In this document: in pieces, positions 1 through 9,040 of the stretch | Position numbering within the stretch: the first letter of the stretch is position 1 | Layout of the letters: each line of letters opens with the position of its first letter | NCBI GenBank assembly: GCA_949282135.1 | Contig: CASDOR010000021.1 | Coordinates: 12,881-76,880 of the forward strand | Direction of reading: 5' to 3' | DNA: 64,000 nucleotides | Source: an uncultured Christensenella sp. | Lineage (GTDB): Bacteria; Bacillota; Clostridia; Christensenellales; UBA1242 | Made by a program: the position numbers and the translations under genes | Notes under the pieces: generated by a model | Told to the model about the DNA's origin: nothing | What the model saw: only the letters and a program-made list of their open reading frames with translations | The model's database searches: none

Positions 1-289
1 TTATGTTATTTTCTTTTAAAAGATTTGAAAATCTTTCAGATAATGACCTGCAATTATCATTTGAATCATCCTGAGATTGTACAAAAACATTTCCACCTTG
101 CGTAGGATTTTTTTCTTGCATTTGTTGTAGTCTATTTCTTATTTTACGTTTCAAGCACACATCTGAAACTTCGCCTAAATCTTCTATGTTTGTCCTTGGA
201 CGATTTCCGTTTAGAGGATCACCATTAGGGTTTGCATTTTTGACCTCAAAAATTAAAGTAAAATCAATTTTATTTTGTAGTTTTTCCAT
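1..289 (-). CDS. cas7: Type I-C Cas7 (Csd2), N-terminal fragment; the gene runs off the left window edge
   Basis: Absent from the ORF track because it is truncated. Minus-strand ATG at 287-289, 2 nt after the cas8c stop, and the frame stays open to position 1. Translation is MEKLQNKIDFTLIFEVKNANPNGDPLNGNRPRTNIEDLGEVSDVCLKRKIRNRL..., the NANPNGDP...N.PR N-terminus typical of Cas7/Csd2. The position after cas3-cas5-cas8c matches I-C gene order. Confidence 0.85.
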   Translation of the reverse strand, partial: MEKLQNKIDFTLIFEVKNANPNGDPLNGNRPRTNIEDLGEVSDVCLKRKIRNRLQQMQEKNPTQGGNVFVQSQDDSNDNCRSLSERFSNLLKENNI

Positions 290-291
290 TT

Positions 292-687
292 TTATTCTTC
301 TCCTTTGTTTTCATCATTTTCTTCTTCCATTTCTATATCTTTTCTAAAATTACGCTGACCATAATAACCTAATATAAACATTTCATTTAATGCTTTATTG
401 CTTGTAAACTCTTCTTTGCCCATTTTATCTAAAATTTCTGCAATTTGATTTTTAAAATAGTTTGCAAGTCCTGCCTTACCATTTCCATATAATTTATCAA
501 AATATGGAACTAGTTGCTTTTGTAAAGTACTAAATGTTTGTCCAGGTCTCATTGTAAATCTTGTAAAAAGTCTTTCAGCATTCGTTTGTCCTGCATAATT
601 TGTGGCAGTATTTTCTATTCTTTCTGCAAGCGCTAGAAGTCTACCAAACAAGTAACTTCTATCTGTTTCATTTGTATCTAATTTCAT
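292..687 (-). CDS. cas11: Putative internally initiated small subunit Cas11c (131 aa, in frame with the cas8c C-terminus)
   Basis: In-frame ATG at 685-687 (MKLDTNETDRSYLFGRLLALAERIEN...). A canonical AAGGAG (694-699) lies exactly 6 nt upstream, embedded in the KKEKY codons of cas8c. Confidence 0.5.
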   Translation of the reverse strand: MKLDTNETDRSYLFGRLLALAERIENTATNYAGQTNAERLFTRFTMRPGQTFSTLQKQLVPYFDKLYGNGKAGLANYFKNQIAEILDKMGKEEFTSNKALNEMFILGYYGQRNFRKDIEMEEENDENKGEE

Positions 688-2271
688 ATATTTCTCCTTT
701 TTATAAAATTTATTAAAAATCGCACACGCAACACAAATATTTTCTTGCCAATCGAAGTAATCCCTAAAAGACTCAGGCTTACACACTTTTTTAAAAGCAG
801 ATTTTACAAAGTATCTTGGAATGGCTTTTCCTTCAATAACACAAGGTAAAATTTCTTTAAAGAAATGTTTTTTCAGCTTTTTATCTTCTTTACTTTCCCT
901 ATGGATTAAATCGTATATGTGATAGAAGTTAGGCGTGCGAATTTCAAACTCTTTTGTTTTAAAATTTTTCCACTCCCAGCACAGAGTTTTACACCAATTT
1001 TCAAGATTTTGATAATATTTTGTACTGTCAAGTTCGTTATAATAACAAATTGAAATTCTTCCTTTTGACTCTCCGTCAAGCACTAAAACATTAACTTTAT
1101 GCTGGCTAGTAAAATTATCAAGTCCCTTGCTTCTTTTACCATACATTACAAGTGAAGTAGTTACTTTGTTACTTGGTACATTAAACACATATTTACCATC
1201 TTCCTCGTAATTACTAAACATATTGTATATATTTGCTTCTTCAATAAATTCAGCACTCCAGGAAAGAACAACTAACCCATCGTAATTAAATGCTCGATTA
1301 TTCTTTATAAGCCAACTTAAAGCGTAAAGTGCCTCTAGCATAGATTTTTGACCAAGTGTTGCCACTTGCTCTGGTTCTTTAGGATTAAATCTTCCGCCAA
1401 AAGTACGAATTGTCTTATCATTTGACGATATTATTCTTGCTCCATCACCTTGATTACGAATCTTTTTTGGATAAAATGATTGTAATGTCTCTATTCTACC
1501 GCTAATATAATCAAGTTCATCTAAAGTTTTTAATCCTAAAATCTCAGTATAATTTTCTACCCATTCCCTTAAAATGTCTTCCCGAAAGTAAACTTCAGGC
1601 CTGTTATCATCACAATAAACTTTAAACCTCACAAAAATATCAGCAAGCTTTTTTACGTTTTTACTTTCTTTTGCTTTTGAGAGTTGTATAGCAAGCTTGT
1701 CTTGACTTTTATTTTCACTCTCATCATTCTCACTGCTTGTTTCTAAATTTTCTTTTATCTCCTCACCCTCTTCTTCCTCTTGAGCCTGCGCTCCTATTAA
1801 ATCTTTTAACGAGAATTTACGAAGAAGTAATTCAATTATTTTCGCCTTAGATATAAATTCATAAATAATTTTTATTTGTGGAAATTTTGAAAAATTTGCC
1901 CATTTGCCTAGAATTTTTTTATAAGCTTCAAAATTATTCCTTTTATTTTCTAAGATGCTTTCATCTTCAACAATTAAATTCCAGTCACCCGCCATATAAT
2001 CAAGTTTTTCAAAAAGTGGGTTAGGAGAAATTGCTCCTCCTGAACGTTTTACACTATCAGGAGTTACTGGAAAAATAGTTTTTTGTAATGCTTTTGAAAT
2101 AAGTGTTATATCAACAACTTCTGCAGTCTTTGAAAGCGAAATTTCAATACCTGCATTGTTTATTGTGAGTCCATCTTCAAGTAAAAATTTGTCTACCTCT
2201 ACTAAATTTTTATTACTAGGATCACTAGCAATTTTTGAATAAGTTAAACTTAACTCCGACCACAAACTCAT
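292..2271 (-). CDS. cas8c: Type I-C large subunit Cas8c (Csd1)
   Basis: 659-aa ORF lying between cas5 and cas7. Its start overlaps the cas5 stop in an ATGA (2268-2271). The N-terminus MSLWSELSLTYSKI... and the size fit the Csd1 family. Confidence 0.8.
   Translation of the reverse strand: MSLWSELSLTYSKIASDPSNKNLVEVDKFLLEDGLTINNAGIEISLSKTAEVVDITLISKALQKTIFPVTPDSVKRSGGAISPNPLFEKLDYMAGDWNLIVEDESILENKRNNFEAYKKILGKWANFSKFPQIKIIYEFISKAKIIELLLRKFSLKDLIGAQAQEEEEGEEIKENLETSSENDESENKSQDKLAIQLSKAKESKNVKKLADIFVRFKVYCDDNRPEVYFREDILREWVENYTEILGLKTLDELDYISGRIETLQSFYPKKIRNQGDGARIISSNDKTIRTFGGRFNPKEPEQVATLGQKSMLEALYALSWLIKNNRAFNYDGLVVLSWSAEFIEEANIYNMFSNYEEDGKYVFNVPSNKVTTSLVMYGKRSKGLDNFTSQHKVNVLVLDGESKGRISICYYNELDSTKYYQNLENWCKTLCWEWKNFKTKEFEIRTPNFYHIYDLIHRESKEDKKLKKHFFKEILPCVIEGKAIPRYFVKSAFKKVCKPESFRDYFDWQENICVACAIFNKFYKKEKYMKLDTNETDRSYLFGRLLALAERIENTATNYAGQTNAERLFTRFTMRPGQTFSTLQKQLVPYFDKLYGNGKAGLANYFKNQIAEILDKMGKEEFTSNKALNEMFILGYYGQRNFRKDIEMEEENDENKGEE
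694..699 (-). promoter_or_regulatory. Internal Shine-Dalgarno (AAGGAG) inside cas8c
   Basis: The minus strand reads AAAAAGGAGAAATATATG, so the SD-to-ATG spacing is 6 nt. Confidence 0.5.
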
Positions 2272-2978
2272 GCGTCCCCCTCCTTTGCAATTTCTTCGTC
2301 AAGAAAATCACTACCAAGTTTAGTTTTAGAATATTCCATTTCTCGTACTACTCTTGATAATTTACACTCGTCAGGTCTTTCAAACTCTATTACTCCATTT
2401 TTCATAACTATGTGGCTAAGATTTGCAATTAACTTATTACTACTTTCACTTGGATAGATAAAACTATGAAACATAATTCCGAAATCAATTTCATTTCTGT
2501 CTTTATAGTAACTTTCTTCACTATCAAAGTCACATTCTTTTATATAAGCTATACACTCGCGTTTGCCTAAAAACAAATCTCTCTTGCCACCTCTTTTTAA
2601 ATAACGTTTTGCAATATTTGAGTGCTTTCTTTCATCAAAATCGTCAACCAAATCAGGCCTATCTTTATTCCACTCAAAATGTGCCTCTACTATATATTCA
2701 GTATCATGAAGATAAGTATATCTATATAAACCAACCCCTTCGTCATTAATGTTTCGCAACTTTATGTTCTTAGACTCTGTTTGAATGGGCTTTATAATTT
2801 TAACTCTATCAATCACCCATTCAATACTTGGTTTCCAGTAGATAGCTTCCGTTATACCACGCAAAGCTTCGTATGTTGGCACATGATAAGTGCAAAGTTC
2901 TCCACCAAGCTTAGTAATAGGGTCAGCAAACATTGCGTTACGTCCAAAAACTTTGTATGTAATTTTATTATATTTCAT
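2268..2978 (-). CDS. cas5: Type I-C Cas5 (Cas5d/Cas5c pre-crRNA endoribonuclease)
   Basis: MKYNKITYKVFGRNAMFADPITKLGGELCTYHVPTYEALRGITEAIYWKP is a typical Cas5d N-terminus. The ATG at 2976-2978 is preceded by GGAGGAA and overlaps the cas3 TGA (ATGA). The ORF-track start at 2984 is a TTG two codons upstream. Confidence 0.9.
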   Translation of the reverse strand: MKYNKITYKVFGRNAMFADPITKLGGELCTYHVPTYEALRGITEAIYWKPSIEWVIDRVKIIKPIQTESKNIKLRNINDEGVGLYRYTYLHDTEYIVEAHFEWNKDRPDLVDDFDERKHSNIAKRYLKRGGKRDLFLGKRECIAYIKECDFDSEESYYKDRNEIDFGIMFHSFIYPSESSNKLIANLSHIVMKNGVIEFERPDECKLSRVVREMEYSKTKLGSDFLDEEIAKEGDA

Positions 2979-5350
2979 AAACAACTTCCTCCGTAAAAAT
3001 TATATTCTAAATTGTTATCTTCGACTAAACCTAGGTCTTTGTCATAATTTAAACTAAAGTACATATCTAAATAATTTTGACAATGAAAACTACTTAATTT
3101 ATTTGTAAAAACATTTACCATGTAGCGCTGAATATTTCTAAAATTTAAATTTTTACCACCAACTAAGTCGTTAATAAACTCTCCTCCCTCTTTATAATTT
3201 ACAAGCACTCCTATTTGGTCTTGAGAATTTATCATTTTAAAATTTGACGAAACCGTCCCAAACTGAAACCTCAACATATTAAATTTGGATTCAATTTTTT
3301 GCCCTCTACCAATTAGTAAATCTACAGCATTTGTACTATCACTTTTTATTTCAAAACTCAGTTTTGATTTACTCTCACCATCATAAAGCCGTTTAAAATA
3401 ATCCTCAATTGTGCTGTCATATGCCAAATCTTTGTTATTTATCACACAAACATCTTTAAACTTTTCTTGTCTTACAGCTATTTCTGGTAAATAATCTAAA
3501 TTCTCTAGTTCTTTACAAAGTTTTACGACAAATACCTTACCAAGTTTTTTGTTTCCATCTGCGTCTTTTAACTTTCCCTCTCTATTACATCTACCTGCCG
3601 CTTGAATAATTGACTCTAGTCCACTTTGAGAACGAATCACGCATTCAAAATCCAAATCTACACCCGCCTCAATAAGTTGCGTACTAATAAGAACAAAATT
3701 TTTACTTTCTTCTAACTTGCTCTTGACTAAATTAATAACTTCTAACCTATGCTCTGGGCACATATTTGTTGAAAGATGATAAGTTTTTACTTTGTCTTTT
3801 AATGCTAAAAATAATTCTCTTGCCGCCTTTCTTGTATTTACAACAAATAATATGTTTTTACTTTCTTGTAACTTATTACAAACAAAATTTACTGTCTCCA
3901 TTAAATTCATTTCATCTTTATCTTCTCTAATGATTTCAGTCCGCTTTAAAAAATCATACTTTTTTGTGACAAGCGGCTCACTCTCTGGAAGTTCTATTAA
4001 AGAGTAGTCCTCTTTTTTGTTATAAAAGGATAAGTTAGAAAGTGCCGGTTGTGTAGCCGTACATAATAAAATTGTGGAATTTAGGTCAGTAGATAAAAAT
4101 TTAACTAACAGGTTAAATAAGCCAATGCAATTTGTAGGCAAATTCTGAATTTCATCAAAAATAATTACAGAATTCTCCATATTATGTAGTCGTCTATTAT
4201 TTTGAGTAGAATCACCATAAACACTTTCAAGAAACCCTACCATAGTAGTAAAAATTATAGGTTCGCTAAAATTAGAAAATAACTTTTCATGTTTTGATGG
4301 TTCATATTCCTCTTCTCCCTTTTTCTCAACTAAAACATTACTATGACTTTCAATTAACATGTCCTCTAAATTTAGCTCTTTAAGTAATTTACGTATCTCA
4401 TCTGCATTTTGCTCAATAATTGAAATAAATGGTGCGACATAAATTATTCTACTTGCTTTTCTAAGTTTAATTCTTTCAAGTGCAAAGCGAAAACTTGAAA
4501 AAGTTTTACCTCCACCAGTTTGTACATTTAAGTTAAAAAGATTGTCCGTCTTTTGTGCACCCTCAATACACTTGTTATAAATTTCACTTCTAATTTGATT
4601 AAGAGAATTTTTAGGATAAGAATTAATTTTTTCGTCTAACTTATCACAAAGCTTATTAAAATTTTCTAGCCTCTCACACTCTACTTCTTTATACTCCCTA
4701 TGTTCAATTTTATTATCAAAATTTCCCGCGTCAGTTCTATCCGCATCAATTAATAAACTATAAAAATATCTAAAATACATACCTATATAGAAATTACATG
4801 CACTGTTTCCTTCAAGATTTTGAAGCCTCACCAAATTTTCAAAAAATCTTTTACAATCTATATTAAATTCTTCACTTTTTGCTAGTTGTTTAATTTGATT
4901 ACACAATTTATCATTTTGAAGAACCTCGCTATAATTATTACTAAACTCCTTGTCTTTTAGTTTGCCTAATAAAATATCAAACTCGCTTTCTTCTCTTATA
5001 ATCATATCAATTAGCCCTTTATGATGACAAGACGAGGCAAAAGCACACATTAAAATTACAAATTTAAAGTAGTAGTTTTCTTCTAAACTTAAATTTTCTA
5101 CATCGATTATTTCTTTTAATAAAAAAATGGCGGAACTTGAAGAGTGATCAACTCTCTTGTTTTCACCATTTAATCTACGTTGAAACTGATTGCATGACTT
5201 ACCCATATCATGAACAAGTCCTAACAGGGATGCAATGTGGGAATAATTTTTACAAAAATCAGCACAAATTTTACTTACATTTTGCAAGTGCCTTTCTAAA
5301 GTTTGAGTATTACCATTTTTATCTTTTCTTGCTAAAAAAATTTCTTCCAC
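2975..5350 (-). CDS. cas3: Cas3 HD nuclease / DEAD-box helicase fusion
   Basis: The N-terminal HD region contains LGLVHDMGK and DHSSSS. Helicase motifs are present: VQTGGGKT (Walker A), IIFDEIQ (DExx) and STQLIEAGVD. Apparent GTG start at 5348-5350 with GGGAAGAG upstream. Confidence 0.9.
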   Translation of the reverse strand: MEEIFLARKDKNGNTQTLERHLQNVSKICADFCKNYSHIASLLGLVHDMGKSCNQFQRRLNGENKRVDHSSSSAIFLLKEIIDVENLSLEENYYFKFVILMCAFASSCHHKGLIDMIIREESEFDILLGKLKDKEFSNNYSEVLQNDKLCNQIKQLAKSEEFNIDCKRFFENLVRLQNLEGNSACNFYIGMYFRYFYSLLIDADRTDAGNFDNKIEHREYKEVECERLENFNKLCDKLDEKINSYPKNSLNQIRSEIYNKCIEGAQKTDNLFNLNVQTGGGKTFSSFRFALERIKLRKASRIIYVAPFISIIEQNADEIRKLLKELNLEDMLIESHSNVLVEKKGEEEYEPSKHEKLFSNFSEPIIFTTMVGFLESVYGDSTQNNRRLHNMENSVIIFDEIQNLPTNCIGLFNLLVKFLSTDLNSTILLCTATQPALSNLSFYNKKEDYSLIELPESEPLVTKKYDFLKRTEIIREDKDEMNLMETVNFVCNKLQESKNILFVVNTRKAARELFLALKDKVKTYHLSTNMCPEHRLEVINLVKSKLEESKNFVLISTQLIEAGVDLDFECVIRSQSGLESIIQAAGRCNREGKLKDADGNKKLGKVFVVKLCKELENLDYLPEIAVRQEKFKDVCVINNKDLAYDSTIEDYFKRLYDGESKSKLSFEIKSDSTNAVDLLIGRGQKIESKFNMLRFQFGTVSSNFKMINSQDQIGVLVNYKEGGEFINDLVGGKNLNFRNIQRYMVNVFTNKLSSFHCQNYLDMYFSLNYDKDLGLVEDNNLEYNFYGGSCL

Positions 5351-5534
5351 TTAATCTCTTCCCTAACAATTTCCAGTATATGGTAACACAAAAAACAAGC
5401 TCACGTCAAACCTTTTTTCAAAAAATACTTTTTTCTATTATTTTCTTCAAATACAAAGAGCTATAAAAATTTAAGTACCTTTCCTTAGAATCTAAAAAAT
5501 AGTTTATATTGATCAATTTAAAAATAAAAACTAA

Positions 5535-5924
5535 TTATTTACTTTTTTTCAAACAATCATCACAAATTCCATAAAAATTTATGTCCTGTCTTAAAACTTT
5601 AAAACCTTTTACCATGCTTATAAACTCCTCATCAAATGTCTTAGTAATAGGTTTATCTATAATTTTATTACATAGATTGCACACTAAATGAAAATGATTA
5701 TCTCTTACATAATCAAAATGGGCGACATTATCTTTAGTCACTATTTTACATACCTTATTTTCCTTAGTTAAATTTTCAAGAATTCGGTAAACGGTGACTT
5801 CGCCAATTTTTTCATTCAATTTTAATAAATCATTATAAATCTGACGTACTGTTGGATGGTCAAATCTAGTTGCTATATAATTTAAAACAATCTCCTTTTG
5901 TCTTGTGTTACGATGACAGACCAT
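5535..5924 (-). CDS. perR: Fur-family metalloregulator, PerR-like
   Basis: 129 aa with TRQKEIVLNYI, a winged-helix region, and two CxxC pairs (CNLCNK and CDDCLK). It lies 15 nt downstream of a peroxiredoxin gene. SD AAGAGGA. Confidence 0.75.
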   Translation of the reverse strand: MVCHRNTRQKEIVLNYIATRFDHPTVRQIYNDLLKLNEKIGEVTVYRILENLTKENKVCKIVTKDNVAHFDYVRDNHFHLVCNLCNKIIDKPITKTFDEEFISMVKGFKVLRQDINFYGICDDCLKKSK

Positions 5925-5939
5925 AAAAGTTTATCCTCT

Positions 5940-6614
5940 TTATTTTTTTTCTCTTCTAAAACACATAAACCAATCTAGGCAATATTGGTCATCTGTTTGG
6001 TTTTCTACTCTTTCTTTAGCAACTCCACAAGAACCTGCTGTTGGAACAATCACATCTTGCCCCGGTCTCCAATCTGCAGGTGTTGCAACATTATCAGCAT
6101 CCGCTTTTTGAAGAGCCATAATCACCCTTTTTATTTCGTCAAAGTTTCTACCTGTTGAAAGAGGATAATACAAAATTGTTCTAATTATACCTTTTGGATC
6201 TATTATAAATACTGCTCTAACTGCCTGCGTATTTGATTGTCCTAAATGTATCATTCCATATTTATTTGCAATCTCCATTCTAATATCCTCTATAAGTGGA
6301 AATTTCACCTCAATGTTTTTCTTGCCGTTCCATTCTAATTCTTGTATTTTCCTTAACCACGCAATATGAGAGTAAAGAGAGTCTACAGACAAGCCAACAA
6401 GCTCTGTATTTAACGCTTTAAATTCTTCCGCCATAGATCCAAATGTCATAAATTCAGTTGTACAAACAGGTGTAAAATCTGCAGGATGCGAGAATAATAT
6501 CACCCATTTCCCATTATAGTCTTCAGGAAAGTTAATTGTTCCTTGAGTCGTAACAGCCGTAAAACTTGGCGCCTTATCACCTATTAAAGGCATTCTATTA
6601 TATTCTATTTCCAT
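5940..6614 (-). CDS. Peroxiredoxin (Prx6/archaeal-type, thioredoxin fold)
   Basis: Contains the FTPVCTTE peroxidatic-Cys motif. The C-terminal CLDWFMC (C-x5-C) resembles archaeal-type 2-Cys Prx. SD AAAGGAGAA upstream. Confidence 0.9.
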   Translation of the reverse strand: MEIEYNRMPLIGDKAPSFTAVTTQGTINFPEDYNGKWVILFSHPADFTPVCTTEFMTFGSMAEEFKALNTELVGLSVDSLYSHIAWLRKIQELEWNGKKNIEVKFPLIEDIRMEIANKYGMIHLGQSNTQAVRAVFIIDPKGIIRTILYYPLSTGRNFDEIKRVIMALQKADADNVATPADWRPGQDVIVPTAGSCGVAKERVENQTDDQYCLDWFMCFRREKK

Positions 6615-6644
6615 AATTTCTCCTTTTTAGAAAATGTTTCTTAA

Positions 6645-6659
6645 TGAAAATCATTTTCA
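6645..6659. promoter_or_regulatory. Fur/PerR-type 7-1-7 operator (box B)
   Basis: TGAAAAT-C-ATTTTCA is a perfect inverted repeat. It has the same 7-1-7 geometry as Bacillus Fur/PerR boxes. It sits at about +1 to +15 of the prx promoter. Confidence 0.6.
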
Positions 6660-6664
6660 ATAAG

Positions 6665-6693
6665 ATATTATCATAATAAAGTTTATTATGCAA
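6665..6693 (-). promoter_or_regulatory. sigma-A-type promoter of the prx-perR operon
   Basis: Minus strand reads TTGCAT, a 17-nt spacer, then TAATAT. Confidence 0.55.
6666..6678. promoter_or_regulatory. Fur/PerR-type palindrome (box A) overlapping the -10
   Basis: TATTAT-C-ATAATA is a perfect 6-1-6 palindrome. It resembles the PerR-box core TTATAATnATTATAA. Confidence 0.5.
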
Positions 6694-6751
6694 ATAAAAT
6701 TATAAACTTTTCTAAAAAAATTTTTAATTTTTATATCAATGGGATATATTT

Positions 6752-6788
6752 AAAAAAACAAAAAGGTGAGCCTAAGCACGTCTCACCT
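6752..6788 (-). terminator. Intrinsic terminator after the paralog pair
   Basis: Minus strand AGGTGAG-(11 nt)-CTCACCT followed by TTTTTGTTTTTTT. Confidence 0.6.
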
Positions 6789-6876
6789 AAATATAATCAT
6801 TAGTTTATTTAACCAACAATTTAATTTTATTTTATTTAAAATTCAAATTCCTCTTTTCGCCATTAAGTTATGATTA

Positions 6877-7890
6877 CTACTCTTTAAGCAGCCCACCAAT
6901 TAAATTTTTTTGATTTTCAACTGCAGTTTTGTAGAAGTAATCGACTTTATAGCCCGTTTTATCTGCATATTCATTTGCCAGCCTAATTGCACTAGTTTCC
7001 CACAAAGTCTCAGCAAAATTTTTTTGTTGTTTCTCATCAAAGACCCTATTAATAGTTTCATTCTTTTTTATTAAGGAAATAGCTTTTTTTAGTCCCACAG
7101 GTTTAGAAGAAAACTCTGTTTGATATGTAAGATTTTCTAGATTCTTTTCACTCTTAATTGATAAAATCTCATTTTTATCTATACCACTACTTACAGGCAA
7201 TACGTCCTTAACTCTTAAATTTTCTAAAACGTATAAATTAGATTTTAACTCGTTGCTTGTATTAAGATTTGCCATTTTAATAAGTCTTAATTTAACAAGC
7301 TTGTTTAGTGCCTCATTAGTAAAAAAACAATCCAAGTTATAGTTATTTTGCGAAAAAATTGTATCAAAAGGTCTCGAGCCTTGTTTGCACTCACAACTTC
7401 TTTTTATATCTCTATTAATAAAAAATCTCTGAAGTATATTTAATTCTGTATCATGTCTTAATTTAAGCTCCGGTATGAAAACAAGTTCATTCATAACATT
7501 ATGATAATCCTTTGCTAGGGAAGTGCCACTAAAAAAATCTGAAATTTTTACATTAAGATTAGTATCTTTATCTAGTATTGAATTAATCAAACTTTTATTG
7601 TCTAAAGCAATATTATCTCTAATGAGTTCAACATTACCATTACTCATTAAAACAGGCATATATGAAGGTGTTTTAAATCCTAATTTTTTAAGTAGCAAAC
7701 TCTGCAAAATATCACAGTCATTCTCTTGCTTTGTACCATTTTTAATGTAACCCATTGACCCATCAACAAATTCTACAACTCCTAAACTATTTAAAAATCT
7801 TTCATCTTTTATATAATGTTTTAGTGTAGAATATTTAAGGCCATTCTTTGTAAAATTTCTTTCATTTTCCTCAATAATTTTATCAATCAT
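6877..7890 (-). CDS. Hypothetical protein, paralog A of a tandem pair
   Basis: 337-aa ORF. It shares collinear conserved blocks with the upstream 336-aa ORF. No family is recognisable by eye. Confidence 0.85.
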   Translation of the reverse strand: MIDKIIEENERNFTKNGLKYSTLKHYIKDERFLNSLGVVEFVDGSMGYIKNGTKQENDCDILQSLLLKKLGFKTPSYMPVLMSNGNVELIRDNIALDNKSLINSILDKDTNLNVKISDFFSGTSLAKDYHNVMNELVFIPELKLRHDTELNILQRFFINRDIKRSCECKQGSRPFDTIFSQNNYNLDCFFTNEALNKLVKLRLIKMANLNTSNELKSNLYVLENLRVKDVLPVSSGIDKNEILSIKSEKNLENLTYQTEFSSKPVGLKKAISLIKKNETINRVFDEKQQKNFAETLWETSAIRLANEYADKTGYKVDYFYKTAVENQKNLIGGLLKE

Positions 7891-7944
7891 TCCTCTTTCC
7901 CTACCTTATTATTTATAAAACGTAATTCTAATTTAATGTCTTAA

Positions 7945-8955
7945 TTATTTAACAAGTTCTTCGCAAACCCTATCTTTTTGAATTTTTAATAATAGCAAGT
8001 ACAATGTATCTACCTTATAATTAGTTGCATCCTTATACTCTTGTGCTAGTTCACAAACATTTAAATTCCCTAACTTTTCTACAAAAGCTCTTCTATCACT
8101 GTCAGCTAAAACTTCGCTAACTATTTCATTATTCTTTATTTGATTAATTACCTGTTTATGACTCAAGCTATCTGTAGCAAACTGGGTTTGATAGTGCAAC
8201 TTATCTTGTGCAACAACTTTGTCTGCTAAATCCTGGCTATGAACCACTTCACCACCTGTTTTAACAGGAAAAACATCTTTAACTCGACCAGCATTTCCTA
8301 ACTCATAAACGTTCGATGTTAGACTGTTTCTAGTTGTCAACATGCTTAATTTGACAATTCCTATTTTTGCAAGTAAATTAAGTGCTTTTGGGTCAAAATG
8401 TTGTTCTATCATCCCAGCTTCTCCACTAAAAACCGCATCAATAGGCCTTTTACCCTCTTGCCCTTTTTGGCTGTTTAAAATTTCTTTTTTAGTAAAATAT
8501 CTTTTGATAGGATTTGTTTGATTACTTAACTTATGCCTAAGATCAGGGATAACACAATGTTCATTTATAATATTATTATAAATTTTTGCCGGAATGTTAT
8601 GTCCTAAACAATCTTTTAAATCTATATCCTCTTTGCTGTCATTAACATCTGAAAAATCATCTCTTAGCATAATAGTAGTACCTTGTAAGTCAAGAGGCAT
8701 ATAGGAAGGGGCTTTAATCCCAAGTTTATTTAAAACTAAGCTATACATAACATCAGCATCATTTATTGGTTTTGCTGCAACTCTAAAGTGAGATAGCGTA
8801 TCATTTTTTAACTTTATTTCTCCTCTACAAACAAGTCCCACTTTTGTTCCTAATTCACTGGAATCCTCTTCTTCTAAATAGTTCTTAAATTTTTCATAAT
8901 TTAACCCTTTTTCACTAAAATTCCCCAAATTTTCTTTAATAATTTCATTAATCAT
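7945..8955 (-). CDS. Hypothetical protein, paralog B of a tandem pair
   Basis: 336-aa ORF with SD AAGGGGGTG 6 nt upstream. Blocks shared with paralog A: MI..II.EN..NF...GL.Y, ND.D...SL.L.KLG.K.PSYMP, RP.D..FS, SN.Y.L.N..RVKDV.PV, YQT.F and LA.EY.D.T.YKVD. Confidence 0.85.
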   Translation of the reverse strand: MINEIIKENLGNFSEKGLNYEKFKNYLEEEDSSELGTKVGLVCRGEIKLKNDTLSHFRVAAKPINDADVMYSLVLNKLGIKAPSYMPLDLQGTTIMLRDDFSDVNDSKEDIDLKDCLGHNIPAKIYNNIINEHCVIPDLRHKLSNQTNPIKRYFTKKEILNSQKGQEGKRPIDAVFSGEAGMIEQHFDPKALNLLAKIGIVKLSMLTTRNSLTSNVYELGNAGRVKDVFPVKTGGEVVHSQDLADKVVAQDKLHYQTQFATDSLSHKQVINQIKNNEIVSEVLADSDRRAFVEKLGNLNVCELAQEYKDATNYKVDTLYLLLLKIQKDRVCEELVK

Positions 8956-9040
8956 CTTGACACCCCCTTTGTCCTCTTTAAAACCAAATAAAATTCAACT
9001 CTAAGTAATCCTTCAATACAAATTTATTTATTGTTTTAAT

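Noticed and set aside
5351-5534. Looked for a CRISPR array or leader upstream of cas3, and for arrays anywhere in the window
   Set aside because: No regularly spaced direct repeats are visible in any intergenic region. In type I-C the array is expected beyond cas2, to the left of the window.
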